From a virus (lineage: Duplodnaviria; Heunggongvirae; Uroviricota; Caudoviricetes): a stretch of DNA of 64,000 nt. The notes below the pieces were generated by a model, which was not told the DNA's origin, searched no databases, and was given only the letters and a program-made list of their open reading frames with translations. Made by a program: the position numbers and the translations under genes. Below are positions 29,326-39,160 of this stretch, one piece after another. How positions within the stretch are numbered: position 1 is the first letter of the stretch; every line of letters begins with the position of its first letter. The stretch spans positions 32,001-96,000 of IMG/VR virus record IMGVR_UViG_3300020156_000001; one strand, given 5' to 3'.

Positions 29326-29737
29326 TGGGAGCCTCCACTGTTGCGCAGTGCCAGCTTTCCATTCCGCCGCCATCCCAGTCGTACTTGAAGACTCCAACCA
29401 GACCATTATCTTCGGCCCATTGGAAGAATGACACCAAAGCAGTAGCATGGGCATGACTTGCAAATGCGGTACGAGCTTCGTTTACGCCCTTGATCGTTTT
29501 GCTGGGCCAGTTATAGCCGTTCCACGGTTCGTTTCTTGCAAGGCGAATTTTGCTTGGCGTCTTGTCCGACAGAATGTCTGCTTCAAGATCCGCAGCGATT
29601 TCCTTGAGCCGATCGGTGATCGTCGCGTTGTCCTTTGCAAACTTTGCTGCTTCCTGTTCGCGCATTCGAGTCTCAGCCAGGCTGATTGCCTGTGCGCGTG
29701 CTTCGTTTGCCGCTTTAAGCTTTTCACCAAGATTCAT
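29318..29737 (-). CDS. Hypothetical protein
   Basis: GGAGATCG RBS after an early promoter. Confidence 0.65.
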   Translation of the reverse strand: MNLGEKLKAANEARAQAISLAETRMREQEAAKFAKDNATITDRLKEIAADLEADILSDKTPSKIRLARNEPWNGYNWPSKTIKGVNEARTAFASHAHATALVSFFQWAEDNGLVGVFKYDWDGGGMESWHCATVEAPNA

Positions 29738-29811
29738 TGCCGATCTCCTTTGCTTTGTTATGATCAACATAGCATGAATAGGAAGAACGTCAACCAGTTT
29801 TCTTCCTGTTT

Positions 29812-30207
29812 TTAGCCCCAAGTCAACTTGAATAGGACCCGCGCATCCCTATCTGGAATTCGCAAGTAGTTCAAGTAGATGTGTTCCTTAGCGGTGGAAT
29901 GGAACCTGTTGCGCTTGTATGTGACTTCCATCATTTCATATTCAATTTTGAGGTCTTCAAGCCAAGCTACCACTTCCGCTTTTAGTACGAAATGGTATGG
30001 TTGATCATATCGATCCATACCTTCAACTAGAGTAGGACTTAGATGCTCAAACTCAATAATATTCTCATTAGGGAGAATATACTGTTCTTCCGGATACTTT
30101 AGCTCCGACGCAATACCGTACCAAATACCGGGACCCGAATTTGACACCGTATTGGGTTTTACCTCAAGGCGATTGAGGTCTTTCTCTTTAACTATCAAAG
30201 TAGTCAT
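29812..30207 (-). CDS. FKL-motif family small protein
   Basis: LRIPDRDARVLFKLTWG. Confidence 0.65.
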   Translation of the reverse strand: MTTLIVKEKDLNRLEVKPNTVSNSGPGIWYGIASELKYPEEQYILPNENIIEFEHLSPTLVEGMDRYDQPYHFVLKAEVVAWLEDLKIEYEMMEVTYKRNRFHSTAKEHIYLNYLRIPDRDARVLFKLTWG

Positions 30208-30593
30208 CGCGGCACCGTTAGCTTGAAGCGAAGGAGATCATGCGGATCTTCAAAATAAAGGGAATATCGAGGTTCTCCATTTAGGTCCGAGATATCATCA
30301 TCGTCGATAACCTCATACACGCCAACACGCGCGGTATGTTCCTCACTTAGGAGATGAGCAATCCACCGGTTGCTTTCAAAGTGGTCTTCCGGTGCGAGTG
30401 TTTCCCAAAGATCCTTTGGTAGATCATCATGTTCGTAAAACACCCTACATTTGATTTTTGTGGGCACACGATAAAAATGTTCAAGCTCCGCTCGATAATC
30501 CTTCAAGCTGAGAGTCATCCGACTAATATATTCGATATTGTCGAATTTTACCTTAAAGTCATCGTAACTGATACTAACCATAGAATTGCTCAT
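30204..30593 (-). CDS. FKL-motif family small protein
   Basis: LYFEDPHDLLRFKLTV. Confidence 0.65.
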   Translation of the reverse strand: MSNSMVSISYDDFKVKFDNIEYISRMTLSLKDYRAELEHFYRVPTKIKCRVFYEHDDLPKDLWETLAPEDHFESNRWIAHLLSEEHTARVGVYEVIDDDDISDLNGEPRYSLYFEDPHDLLRFKLTVPR

Positions 30594-31368
30594 TCAACAG
30601 TTTATCACTCCAGGAGCGGCCTGGATCCGAGAGAATCCGAAACTTTTTGTCCGTTGCTAGTTCCACTCTAACCCGCACGATATCACGAACTTCAGTGGAA
30701 TCCGCTGCAAGCATAACATGTCTGTGAGCTTCCTCAAGCACTTCAACTTCAATGCCCAAGCTATCAGGTACGATTGCACCCTTCCAATAACGGGGGCGAA
30801 ACGCGCAAATAGGTGTGATTGCCAATAGTGGAGCTTCAAGCGGTAGAATGGGTCCGCCGGCGCTGCGATTGTACGCGGTTGATCCAACTGGCGTAGACAC
30901 GATCAAGCCGTCACCAATAAGCTCTTCCAGCTTGACTTCGCTGTTTACGCTAATACGGAGCTTTGCAGCTTGGCTGCTTTGTCGCATCAACGAGATGTCG
31001 TTGATAGCAAGCAATTGGCTGCTTTCGCCGCTATCGGTCCAATACTCAACACGGATTGGGTTGATCTCTGTGACCACTGCATTTTGGATTTTGCTATTGA
31101 TGTCCGCGCTGAGGCTGCGGGTTTCATTCATGAGAAAACCAACTGAACCACAGTTGACACCATAGAATGGAATGTTGCGGCCCATATGCGCGTGAATCGC
31201 CTGTAGCATAGTTCCATCACCGCCAAGAACCACGATAACATCAGCATCATCGAAATTGTCTTCGGTTACCGTGTTGAAGCTGTCCTTGACAAATTTGGAT
31301 GCAATTTGTGCTTTTTCCGCTGGGCTTGCAACGATGCCAACAGTGGGATTCATGTTACGCCAAAGCAT
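30574..31368 (-). CDS. nadK: NAD kinase
   Basis: GGDGT, GSVGFL, ND, GDGLIVSTPVGSTAY motifs. Confidence 0.92.
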   Translation of the reverse strand: MLWRNMNPTVGIVASPAEKAQIASKFVKDSFNTVTEDNFDDADVIVVLGGDGTMLQAIHAHMGRNIPFYGVNCGSVGFLMNETRSLSADINSKIQNAVVTEINPIRVEYWTDSGESSQLLAINDISLMRQSSQAAKLRISVNSEVKLEELIGDGLIVSTPVGSTAYNRSAGGPILPLEAPLLAITPICAFRPRYWKGAIVPDSLGIEVEVLEEAHRHVMLAADSTEVRDIVRVRVELATDKKFRILSDPGRSWSDKLLNEQFYG

Positions 31369-31419
31369 ATTGGACTCCTATTTGGAATCCAAATTAGCAT
31401 GTTATGGAGATTGTGCAAC

Positions 31420-32394
31420 CTATAATGGGTTGCGAACGGCCAGCGCATAATGGTCGAATCCAGTAGAACCAACCATTGGTGACCAACTTACAAGATTGTC
31501 ACTATAAAATATAACACCGTTAGTACCTGAATAGTAGCGATTAAGAACCGTACTATATGCGAGGCTTCGTGTACCATTACCCTGCAGCACGTTTGCAGCA
31601 GAGTTCCAGTTAATTCCATCAGTTGTCCACCAAAACGCATCGCCGCCAGAACCGGCCAAAAGGGTATTGTTTTCCGCTACATAGATAAGCTTATCAAAGC
31701 CAATACGAGGAACCGCAGTTACTTCAGCCCAAGTTACTTCATCAGTGCTGCGATATAGATTTCCATATAGGTTTGCAATCCACCATGCACCAAACGCATA
31801 AGTGATTTCCATATTATAGCCACCAGTTGCAGGAATATCAAACCAAGTTGAACCGTTATCTGTGCTCTTTTGCATGTTTGGCCCCCAAGTCGTAGCAATG
31901 AGGTGACCATTGTTTGGATTGCGTCCCATACCATAGCTGTTTGAGCTAAGCTTGGAACCCCCCGCTGTTGCCCAAGTGTAACCACCATCATCCGAATAGT
32001 GGAGACCGTTATTGCCGTAGTTGCCCATACAAACGCGATTAATTCCCGGAATAAAGCATTTAGAGAAACCATCAGCAAAGCTAGGCGGATGTGAAGCTAC
32101 GAATGGAACACTATTTGGAGTTGCAGCGGGATAAACATGGATAAAGCCAGGACCAGATACAATAAACGTGTCATGAGCAGGATCGTGAATCGCACTATAT
32201 GCGCCATTGGAAAGTCGAGCTGATTCTGTTTGGGTAGTCATTGTTAGACCATCCATAGAGAACTCAGTACCATAGCTGAGTGCACCGCCCGCAGTGATAA
32301 TCGTTACATCACCTCCAACCGGTGGCAGTTCGATTTCCTTAACAGCTTGTTGTGCAACCAGTCCTCGGGAAAAATTGCTGATACCAAATCTCAT
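31420..32394 (-). CDS. Asp-box (BNR) beta-propeller protein, probably virion-associated (late)
   Basis: SDDGGYTW, STDNGSTW, STDEVTW, TTDGINW, SDNLVSW repeats; late promoter GATAAATA upstream. Confidence 0.7.
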   Translation of the reverse strand: MRFGISNFSRGLVAQQAVKEIELPPVGGDVTIITAGGALSYGTEFSMDGLTMTTQTESARLSNGAYSAIHDPAHDTFIVSGPGFIHVYPAATPNSVPFVASHPPSFADGFSKCFIPGINRVCMGNYGNNGLHYSDDGGYTWATAGGSKLSSNSYGMGRNPNNGHLIATTWGPNMQKSTDNGSTWFDIPATGGYNMEITYAFGAWWIANLYGNLYRSTDEVTWAEVTAVPRIGFDKLIYVAENNTLLAGSGGDAFWWTTDGINWNSAANVLQGNGTRSLAYSTVLNRYYSGTNGVIFYSDNLVSWSPMVGSTGFDHYALAVRNPL

Positions 32395-32482
32395 AGCGGC
32401 TCTCCTGCGTGTCCGCTATTTATCATAGTCATGGAAATGGCGCCAGCCGAAGCCAGCGCCATCGCGTTCTGCCTAACGCTGA

Positions 32483-33097
32483 TTACTTGTTTTCAAGTTC
32501 CGAACGGCTCTTGATAACACGATCGCAAAGACCATAATCGAGAGCTTCGCCGGCGCTCATGAAGTAGTCGCGTTCCATGTCCGAACGCAGATCTTCAAAG
32601 GTCTTACCCTTCGAGTTGTGATCCACGTAGATCTGGGTAAGTTCGCGCTTCATCTTGAGGATTTCACGAGCCTGGATTTCAATATCCGTTGCCTGACCCT
32701 GGGCGCCGCCGGAGGGCTGGTGGATCATGTGGCGTGCGTTCTTCAGCATGTAGCGGTGACCAGGTTCGCCGGCCTGGGCAAGAAGCGAGCCCATCGAGCA
32801 AGCTTGACCCATAACAACCGTGTACACGGGGCACTTGATGAACTGCATGGTGTCGTAAATCGACATACCAGCGGTTACAACACCGCCTGGGCTGTTGATG
32901 TACATGAAGATTGGCTTGTCCTGGTTATCGGCTTCGAGAAACAAAAGCTGGCCGCAAATAAGCGTTGCCATGTGATCCTCGACCTGGCTGGTCAGGAACA
33001 CGATACGTTCCTTCATCAGGCGGGAGAACAGATCGTATGAACGCTCGCCGCGATGGGTCTGTTCAACAACCATTGGAACTAGAGAAGTAGGGTGCAT
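32483..33097 (-). CDS. clpP: ATP-dependent Clp protease proteolytic subunit
   Basis: [30 protein letters not shown] motifs. Confidence 0.95.
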   Translation of the reverse strand: MHPTSLVPMVVEQTHRGERSYDLFSRLMKERIVFLTSQVEDHMATLICGQLLFLEADNQDKPIFMYINSPGGVVTAGMSIYDTMQFIKCPVYTVVMGQACSMGSLLAQAGEPGHRYMLKNARHMIHQPSGGAQGQATDIEIQAREILKMKRELTQIYVDHNSKGKTFEDLRSDMERDYFMSAGEALDYGLCDRVIKSRSELENK

Positions 33098-33209
33098 TTA
33101 TTTCCTCGTTGTTTTGCGCCTTTGCCAGACCAAAATAGTAGGACTCGCATAGTGTGTCAATTGTTAAAATCAGGAATTTTACATAGAAAAAGCGCCAGTG
33201 TTGGCGCTT

Positions 33210-33250
33210 TAATGGATTCTAATGGAAGCTAATGAACGCTAATGAAGCGT
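33210..33250. repeat. Four degenerate 10-bp tandem repeats (TAATG-core)
   Basis: taatggattc taatggaagc taatgaacgc taatgaagcg. Confidence 0.55.
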
Positions 33251-33409
33251 AAGACCCGCAGTAATATCGTCGGACTTCCTGTTGGCCACAAACACATCAG
33301 TGTCCTTGAACTTGATCTCGCCACGAGCTTCTGCTCGCTGTTCATCGGAGAACTTGAGAAGATCGAAGATTTCGTTTTCGATGGTCTTGTCGTTGCGGAT
33401 ACGTGCCAT
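33239..33409 (-). CDS. Small hypothetical protein (56 aa; not in the ORF track)
   Basis: AGGAGATC RBS after an early promoter; MARIRNDKTIENEIF... Confidence 0.6.
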   Translation of the reverse strand: MARIRNDKTIENEIFDLLKFSDEQRAEARGEIKFKDTDVFVANRKSDDITAGLTLH

Positions 33410-33471
33410 TGTTGATCTCCTGTTGCTTTGTTATTCCCAACTTAGCATATTCAGGAAGGACGTCAACCTGT

Positions 33472-33795
33472 TTACGCGGCGATCAACATGGACTCATATG
33501 GATCAGTCACGATCAGTCGTTGACCTGTGCCCTCAACTACCCACTTACCAAACCGATTCACAACCGAAATTGGCGTACTAACGGTAAAGCCGTTGATGAG
33601 AAGCTGCTCACAAACTCTATCCGCGTGTACGGCAGTCCTACGAGGACCAGCGCGAACCAAAAGAATTTCAGCGGAATTGTCATCCTTGTGATGGAGCAAA
33701 GCTCGTGTATCACGTTCGATTGAATCGTAAAATCCAATTGTTTTGCCGCCAACTGCGGTTTCTACGATGTTTGTTATAAGATCTTGTCTATTCAT
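33472..33795 (-). CDS. Hypothetical protein
   Basis: 107-aa ORF. Confidence 0.55.
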   Translation of the reverse strand: MNRQDLITNIVETAVGGKTIGFYDSIERDTRALLHHKDDNSAEILLVRAGPRRTAVHADRVCEQLLINGFTVSTPISVVNRFGKWVVEGTGQRLIVTDPYESMLIAA

Positions 33796-33818
33796 TACGG
33801 TATGCCTTTGCTTGTCCG

Positions 33819-34049
33819 TTAAGCCTCTAACGGGCTATCTTCGGACTCTTCCATTGGAAAGAAAACCGGCCGTCTTTTGAAGACCGGATAAACAATCCAA
33901 CCTCCTAGGTACAACAGGAAGTGGAACACTAGAAGGATGAAATACGCAAAAAACGTGGCCGCCAGCATATATGCGCAATAGATACGGGTGCTGAAGTAGC
34001 CTAAACTAGCAACACCTAAAATTGCGAATGTTATGCCAATGGTTATCAT
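33819..34049 (-). CDS. Small membrane protein
   Basis: Two hydrophobic segments. Confidence 0.5.
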   Translation of the reverse strand: MITIGITFAILGVASLGYFSTRIYCAYMLAATFFAYFILLVFHFLLYLGGWIVYPVFKRRPVFFPMEESEDSPLEA

Positions 34050-34308
34050 GTACTTTGCCTTTCGGGGCCAATATATGAGTTACCAACCAAAAGTCAAACG
34101 CTAAAGGAAACAAAAGCGACCGTTTTACCGGCCGCTTTCGGTTCACAGTGTATTGCAGTGGATTATTTCCCCCTGCGGTGTCGGCAATGGGCAGTGCTCC
34201 AACACCTTGGTTTCCGTCTCCCCTTGTCGTGTGGATTTGGGTTACACACGAACTGCGCTGCTCACCACACGTATATAACAAAGTTTGTTGCGTAGAGCTA
34301 ACAAAATT

Positions 34309-34950
34309 TTACAAGGTTGTACTAGGTCTCGTAGGTAGTGTAAATTTAAACTTGCTAATATATGAGCTTACGCCATGCGTAAATCGCTGCCAACGCGTCA
34401 TATACTTGTGCCCAATATTTTTTTGTTGAAGTAATACTTGCGCCATGTTGGAATAAATGATTCCGTCTCTAACACTACTATCAACGGCAGCGTTTGCCTT
34501 TTCCTTTTCCAAGCGAAGAGTTTCCAAGTCTTCTATGTCTTTGCGCAAAAGGCGTTCAAGATCAGCTATTTGCGTCTTCCGCGATTGGATCTTTTGGTCC
34601 TTTTTTGCTATCTGTGATTCAACCGATCCAACAAACCCTAGGTGACGCTTTGGTGTTTTCTCAGCGAGTTCCAGAAGCTCTTCTATTGTGTAGTTGGACT
34701 TTAGTTGATTCGCGTGCGTGGTGACCGGGATGACGTTTCCTGGTTCATATCCGATAGTGTTATCCACGCGATCAAAGCTTAGAATTTTCTCTTCTTGCGT
34801 TCCAAATGTTTCGCCCGTGTAAGCACAGGTTGTTTCCTGCATCAGTAAACGGACGTTTCCCACTGTTAATGTGCAAGAGTACCCGCGTCGACTGGCACTC
34901 TTGCGGATGTGCTTGAGCTTTTGCTCAGCTTGCTCCCGAGTTATTTTCAC
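34309..34950 (-). CDS. T4 Srd-like protein
   Basis: KSASRRG...CAYTGETF...LSFDRVDNTIGYEPGNV followed by a coiled coil; pattern recalled from T4 Srd. Confidence 0.55.
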   Translation of the reverse strand: MKITREQAEQKLKHIRKSASRRGYSCTLTVGNVRLLMQETTCAYTGETFGTQEEKILSFDRVDNTIGYEPGNVIPVTTHANQLKSNYTIEELLELAEKTPKRHLGFVGSVESQIAKKDQKIQSRKTQIADLERLLRKDIEDLETLRLEKEKANAAVDSSVRDGIIYSNMAQVLLQQKNIGHKYMTRWQRFTHGVSSYISKFKFTLPTRPSTTL

Positions 34951-34953
34951 AGC

Positions 34954-35349
34954 TTAGACTTCCTTAGGAGCGTCCAGGCTTTTCTGAATGTGGAAGATGT
35001 AGAGGTAAACGCCAGCGTAGATTGCTGCGAACAACGGCATATTACCAAGCAAGTACAAGCTGATTGAGGTAACAACCATCAAAATGCCCCAATTGTTCTT
35101 GGGCATTGCAGCCTTAAGCTTGGGCAAATCGTTCTTCTTTTTGAGGTACCAAAGTGCCCAAACCACAAGCAGCTGAATTGCTGCGGAAAACCAAGCCACC
35201 GCATAAGCGGCTACTGTGAGGAATGAACTATGGATGGTAACCATCTCATAGTTGGCCAGGGCTTGCAAACCAATGAGAAGATAAAAAATGCCACCAAGTA
35301 GGATTGCCAAAACCGTGGTTCCGGTGTTGTCTGAAACGGGCTTTTCCAT
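34954..35349 (-). CDS. Multi-pass membrane protein
   Basis: About four hydrophobic segments. Confidence 0.6.
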   Translation of the reverse strand: MEKPVSDNTGTTVLAILLGGIFYLLIGLQALANYEMVTIHSSFLTVAAYAVAWFSAAIQLLVVWALWYLKKKNDLPKLKAAMPKNNWGILMVVTSISLYLLGNMPLFAAIYAGVYLYIFHIQKSLDAPKEV

Positions 35350-35351
35350 TA

Positions 35352-35696
35352 TTATTTCCGTAATTGTGGGAACGCGCCTAAAGCTTCGTTCCATTGCAAC
35401 TTTACTAGCGCCTTGTATTTGTCAGGCGCGCCTTCAAGTCCGCTAAATCCAATCCACTTGTCGATGTTTTCCGCAGATCCAGTTAGGATGTCAGGAAGCG
35501 CCCGGCATAATAGGATGTGGTTCGCGATAATATCATCGGCAGTGCCAATCGTTTCCTTTAGCTTGGCATGTGCTTTTGTACAGGCGAGATCATAGTCCAA
35601 CAACAAACATGCCGTCCCAAAAGAGCCAGGATCCAACCCATACAATAGGTAGTACCCTAAAGCTGTGAGAACGCCTTGGTCGAACGTGCCACGCAT
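35352..35696 (-). CDS. Hypothetical protein
   Basis: LDPGSFGTACL motif; weak KLQW C-terminal resemblance to the FKL family. Confidence 0.6.
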   Translation of the reverse strand: MRGTFDQGVLTALGYYLLYGLDPGSFGTACLLLDYDLACTKAHAKLKETIGTADDIIANHILLCRALPDILTGSAENIDKWIGFSGLEGAPDKYKALVKLQWNEALGAFPQLRK

Positions 35697-36169
35697 TAGA
35701 AATTATCGTCAAATTTAGCGGGTTCAGTTGCGATCTGTTTGGGGTTTTCTACAACCCCAGCATAAAAAGCAGGAGACTCCAAATGTTCGGGCATCTCTGC
35801 TTTACCTTCAGCCAGCTTGAGGACCAACTGGTAATTCCTCCAAGCCTGCTGAACTGATTCATTTTCCGAATGGAGTGTGGGCATGAGATCCATCCAAATT
35901 TGGTCTGGATCCAGCACGCTTACCGGAGTAATACCCTGCAGACGCGGTTGGAAAAGCTTGCCCATACGGTGCAAACGAATACCAATCTCTGCGATTGCTT
36001 CGGGATCACCCTTCATACGATTCTGCCAAACATAAGCTCGGCTGACATCCTTGATCATGTCTTCAGTGTCCATCTTGGTGCGGGCAATGATAACAACCAC
36101 ATCCTCAATGGCAACTTTGCCGTCAAGAATGTCCTGCACGCACAAGCTATAGCTGAAGCCAATCTTCAT
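35696..36169 (-). CDS. Conserved phage hypothetical protein
   Basis: MKIGFSYSLCVQDILDG; AGGAG RBS. Confidence 0.65.
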   Translation of the reverse strand: MKIGFSYSLCVQDILDGKVAIEDVVVIIARTKMDTEDMIKDVSRAYVWQNRMKGDPEAIAEIGIRLHRMGKLFQPRLQGITPVSVLDPDQIWMDLMPTLHSENESVQQAWRNYQLVLKLAEGKAEMPEHLESPAFYAGVVENPKQIATEPAKFDDNF

Positions 36170-36222
36170 CGCATTACTCCTTTAGTACCAGGAGTTTAAA
36201 TGGATTAGGATTGCCTGTCAAC

Positions 36223-37356
36223 CTAGATTACAAACGTGCGAAGTGGCTCAAAACCATTAAACGCAACTGCTGAGTAAGTGCTTGTGTAAACGCCAGCGGA
36301 ATCCAAGTAGAGGAAATCACCGATCTCCAGCGTTTCCGGCAACATATACAATTGCTTCTCATATAGAACGTCGGCGGAGTCACAAGTTGGACCCGCAATA
36401 ATGCAGGGTGAACAAACATCCGCATCACGTGCTGAGAGAATTGGATAGCGGATAGCTTCTTCCATAGTCTCAGCTAGTCCACCAAACTTACCAATGTCCA
36501 AGAAAACCCAACGGTTATAGTCGTTGTGAGATTTCTTTGAAATCAGTACAACCTCAGTGCGGATAACACCGGCATTACCAACCATACCACGACCAGGCTC
36601 GATAATAGTTTCGGGATGGTTATCGCCAAAATGCTCGGTAAGGGCGGCACGGATAGCAATGCCAAACTCAGCAGTGGATGGAACATCACGTAGATATTTG
36701 GTAGGAAAGCCACCACCCAAGTTGATTAGATCCAACTGGATACCTTCTTCGGCAAGCGCGTCAAACACACCTTTTGCCTCTGCAATAGCAAGGTTCCATC
36801 CATTAATGCAGGTCATCTGAGAACCCACGTGGAACGAAACACCCTTTGCGACTAGACCAAGTTCATGTGCGCGACGAAGAACGTCCACGGCCATAGCTGG
36901 TGCGCAACCAAACTTGCGACTTAGCGGCCAATCCGCTCCAGTGCCATCGGTGAGGATACGGCAGAATACTTGAGAACCAGGAGCGGCAATGGAAACCTTA
37001 ACAACTTCCTCAACCGAGTCCACAGCAAACAATCTCACGCCATACTCATATGCCGCAGCAATGTCTTTTTGCTTTTTGATGGTGTTTCCAAAGCTGATAC
37101 GGTCAGGCGAGATGCCTGTACCCAAAGCCAATTTGATCTCTTGAAAGCTTGCGCAATCAAAGCTGGAGCCATTATCGGCAAGCAACTGTAGAACTTTTGG
37201 TTCAGGATTCGCTTTTACCGCATAAAAAACTTTGGAATCTGGAAGTGATTCCCTGAAACTAGCATAGTTGGCCTCAACTACGTCAAGATCAACTACGAGT
37301 ACTGGCCCTTCGCCATTATAAGCGGAAAGGAAATTCAAAATGCGTTGAGTAAGCAT
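36223..37356 (-). CDS. Ornithine decarboxylase (fold-type III PLP enzyme)
   Basis: FYAVKAN (PLP Lys), SFHVGSQ, NLGGGF, IEPGR, GPTCDSAD motifs. Confidence 0.92.
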   Translation of the reverse strand: MLTQRILNFLSAYNGEGPVLVVDLDVVEANYASFRESLPDSKVFYAVKANPEPKVLQLLADNGSSFDCASFQEIKLALGTGISPDRISFGNTIKKQKDIAAAYEYGVRLFAVDSVEEVVKVSIAAPGSQVFCRILTDGTGADWPLSRKFGCAPAMAVDVLRRAHELGLVAKGVSFHVGSQMTCINGWNLAIAEAKGVFDALAEEGIQLDLINLGGGFPTKYLRDVPSTAEFGIAIRAALTEHFGDNHPETIIEPGRGMVGNAGVIRTEVVLISKKSHNDYNRWVFLDIGKFGGLAETMEEAIRYPILSARDADVCSPCIIAGPTCDSADVLYEKQLYMLPETLEIGDFLYLDSAGVYTSTYSAVAFNGFEPLRTFVI

Positions 37357-37500
37357 GTCCACCCCCAACCAAAAATAGGAAATAGGGCCCACAGGTGACC
37401 CTACAATCGTATTATTATTTATAGGATGCTAAAAGTCTATTTGTTTAGGCATGGGAAGAGCAGAAAAGCTCCCGAAGGAGCTTTCCAATAGGTATCCCGT

Positions 37501-37582
37501 GAAGCATCAAGTGACCAAACTATCTAGCCACGGGTCCTGCCATTTGCTTGCCCGTGGTCAACTCGGAACTGCGCCTGGCTTC
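37501..37582 (-). ncRNA. Candidate short Y-RNA-like RNA directly 3' of tRNA-Gly
   Basis: GUUCCGAGUUGACCA...UGGUCACUUGAUGC stem resembling a Ro60-binding helix; terminator at 37464-37486. Confidence 0.4.
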
Positions 37583-37588
37583 GTAACT

Positions 37589-37663
37589 TGGAGCGGGTAG
37601 CGGGAATCGAACCCGCGACTTCAGCTTGGAAGGCTATTGTGTTACCACTAGCACCACACCCGC
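37589..37663 (-). tRNA. tRNA-Gly(TCC)
   Basis: Cloverleaf GCGGGTG..CTTCCAA..TTCGATT..TACCCGC-TCCA. Confidence 0.93.
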
Positions 37664-37701
37664 ATTTTCTTTATTTATACGGGTTCTAACGCCGCTGTCA
37701 A

Positions 37702-38676
37702 CTATTTGTTGCGAATCCATGCGCTCATGCGCTTGATTGGTTCAAAGTCCTTTCGGATTTGCTTGGTAATACCAGCGATATCAACGTCCTTTTTTACCGT
37801 GATCTGTGGCATGTACAAGGCTTCAAACATGGTGTTGATATCATCAAGATGAGAATCAGCAAAATGCCAAATCGCATCCCGAAGATCATCTTGATCCTGG
37901 CCAAGCTCATCAAAGCTAACAGCGGTACGGATCTCATACAATGGCATCCAATCGAGATTGCCGATGTTTTTGGCTTCTGCTTTGTGACTTTGGAGCATAA
38001 CGCCCCATTGCTGGGAGCCAGGTTCACAATTGGCAATGCAGAAGCGACCAAACAGCAGGTGTTGCCCATAGGGGATGACAAAGTTTTCTCTGTCTTCTTC
38101 ACCACAAACCATTGACATAAGCGTGGTAAACGTGAGGATCTGACTAAGGTTGCCCGACAAACCGTGGAGAGGATTTACCTCAATCTCACGTTCCTCAAGT
38201 CGTGCAATAGCGTGGAAGTTCAGCTGTACGCCGGTATTGGTTTCGATTATCGTGACGCAATTCTTAGTAACCTCAGAGGTTACAACTGAAATTTGCATTG
38301 CCTCAACAATCTGGCCAGTTTCTTCATTGCGAAGCTTGCCCGGGCTAAGCGCGGCAACCACCGTGTAGACGGGATCAAAATTGGCGCTTAGCTTGCTAGG
38401 AGAAACTACTTCATCCTCACGAATAACTTCATGCGCCCAATAAATGTCAGTGGTACGGCGAATCAAGGTGTCAACGATCTTGGGAACACGATCCTTCTTG
38501 ATCTTGCCACGCTTGATAATATCTTCACCGATAGTCAGTGCAAGCTTTTTGTCGTCGCGAGAATCCAAAAGGGTGGCGATGTGATCGCCATATTGTCGAA
38601 AATATCGCGAAGTCCTTTGTACGATAGCGCCGTGAACTGCACCCATTACATGCACCGATAAACTGTTTTGACACAC
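37702..38676 (-). CDS. Hypothetical protein
   Basis: ~315-324-aa ORF; contains FHAIARLEER. Confidence 0.65.
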   Translation of the reverse strand: MCQNSLSVHVMGAVHGAIVQRTSRYFRQYGDHIATLLDSRDDKKLALTIGEDIIKRGKIKKDRVPKIVDTLIRRTTDIYWAHEVIREDEVVSPSKLSANFDPVYTVVAALSPGKLRNEETGQIVEAMQISVVTSEVTKNCVTIIETNTGVQLNFHAIARLEEREIEVNPLHGLSGNLSQILTFTTLMSMVCGEEDRENFVIPYGQHLLFGRFCIANCEPGSQQWGVMLQSHKAEAKNIGNLDWMPLYEIRTAVSFDELGQDQDDLRDAIWHFADSHLDDINTMFEALYMPQITVKKDVDIAGITKQIRKDFEPIKRMSAWIRNK

Positions 38677-39104
38677 TCCGGACCAAGACCATTAGCAATA
38701 GACTCCGGCACTGTCAACTTGCGGCGGCACTTGCCACACCGACCTTCGTGCCAAATTTCCAGCTGATCTTCCTGCAGCTCACCCTTTGCTAGGTGGTGCA
38801 TAACCCAGCGAATTGCAACAACAGCGGGAGCAGATTCTGAGATCTTTGCCTTCTTGCTGTGGGCGTAAACGCGCCCAGCAATTGTGCCGATAAAGCTGTA
38901 TGAGGTTTCGTTGTCGTTGCCCGTGAGCAGCTTAACCCAACGAAAACCCAAGTCGGGCTTCTCTTCCAACACTTCTTTGTATGAGCGTTCCACCTTGTAA
39001 GTAAAACGCTGACCCGTCTTTTTGGAGACGATCGTAAACGTTGCACGACCTGAGAGGATGAAGTTAAGTGCATCTTCTGCAGTGGTAAACTTTGCTTCGT
39101 TCAT
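38646..39104 (-). CDS. DUF6011-like zinc-ribbon protein
   Basis: GRCGKCRRKLTVPESIANGLGPEC C-terminus. Confidence 0.75.
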   Translation of the reverse strand: MNEAKFTTAEDALNFILSGRATFTIVSKKTGQRFTYKVERSYKEVLEEKPDLGFRWVKLLTGNDNETSYSFIGTIAGRVYAHSKKAKISESAPAVVAIRWVMHHLAKGELQEDQLEIWHEGRCGKCRRKLTVPESIANGLGPECVKTVYRCM

Positions 39105-39122
39105 CGATCTCTCCTTTGTTTG

Positions 39123-39160
39123 TTCCTGAATCCTAACATAGGAATAGGAACTGTCAACCG
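39123..39160 (-). promoter_or_regulatory. Representative early promoter (TTGACA-TTCCTATTCCTA-TGTTAG), 37/38 identical to 55818-55855
   Basis: Related motif recurs roughly 20 times upstream of GGAGATCGA RBSs. Confidence 0.75.
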
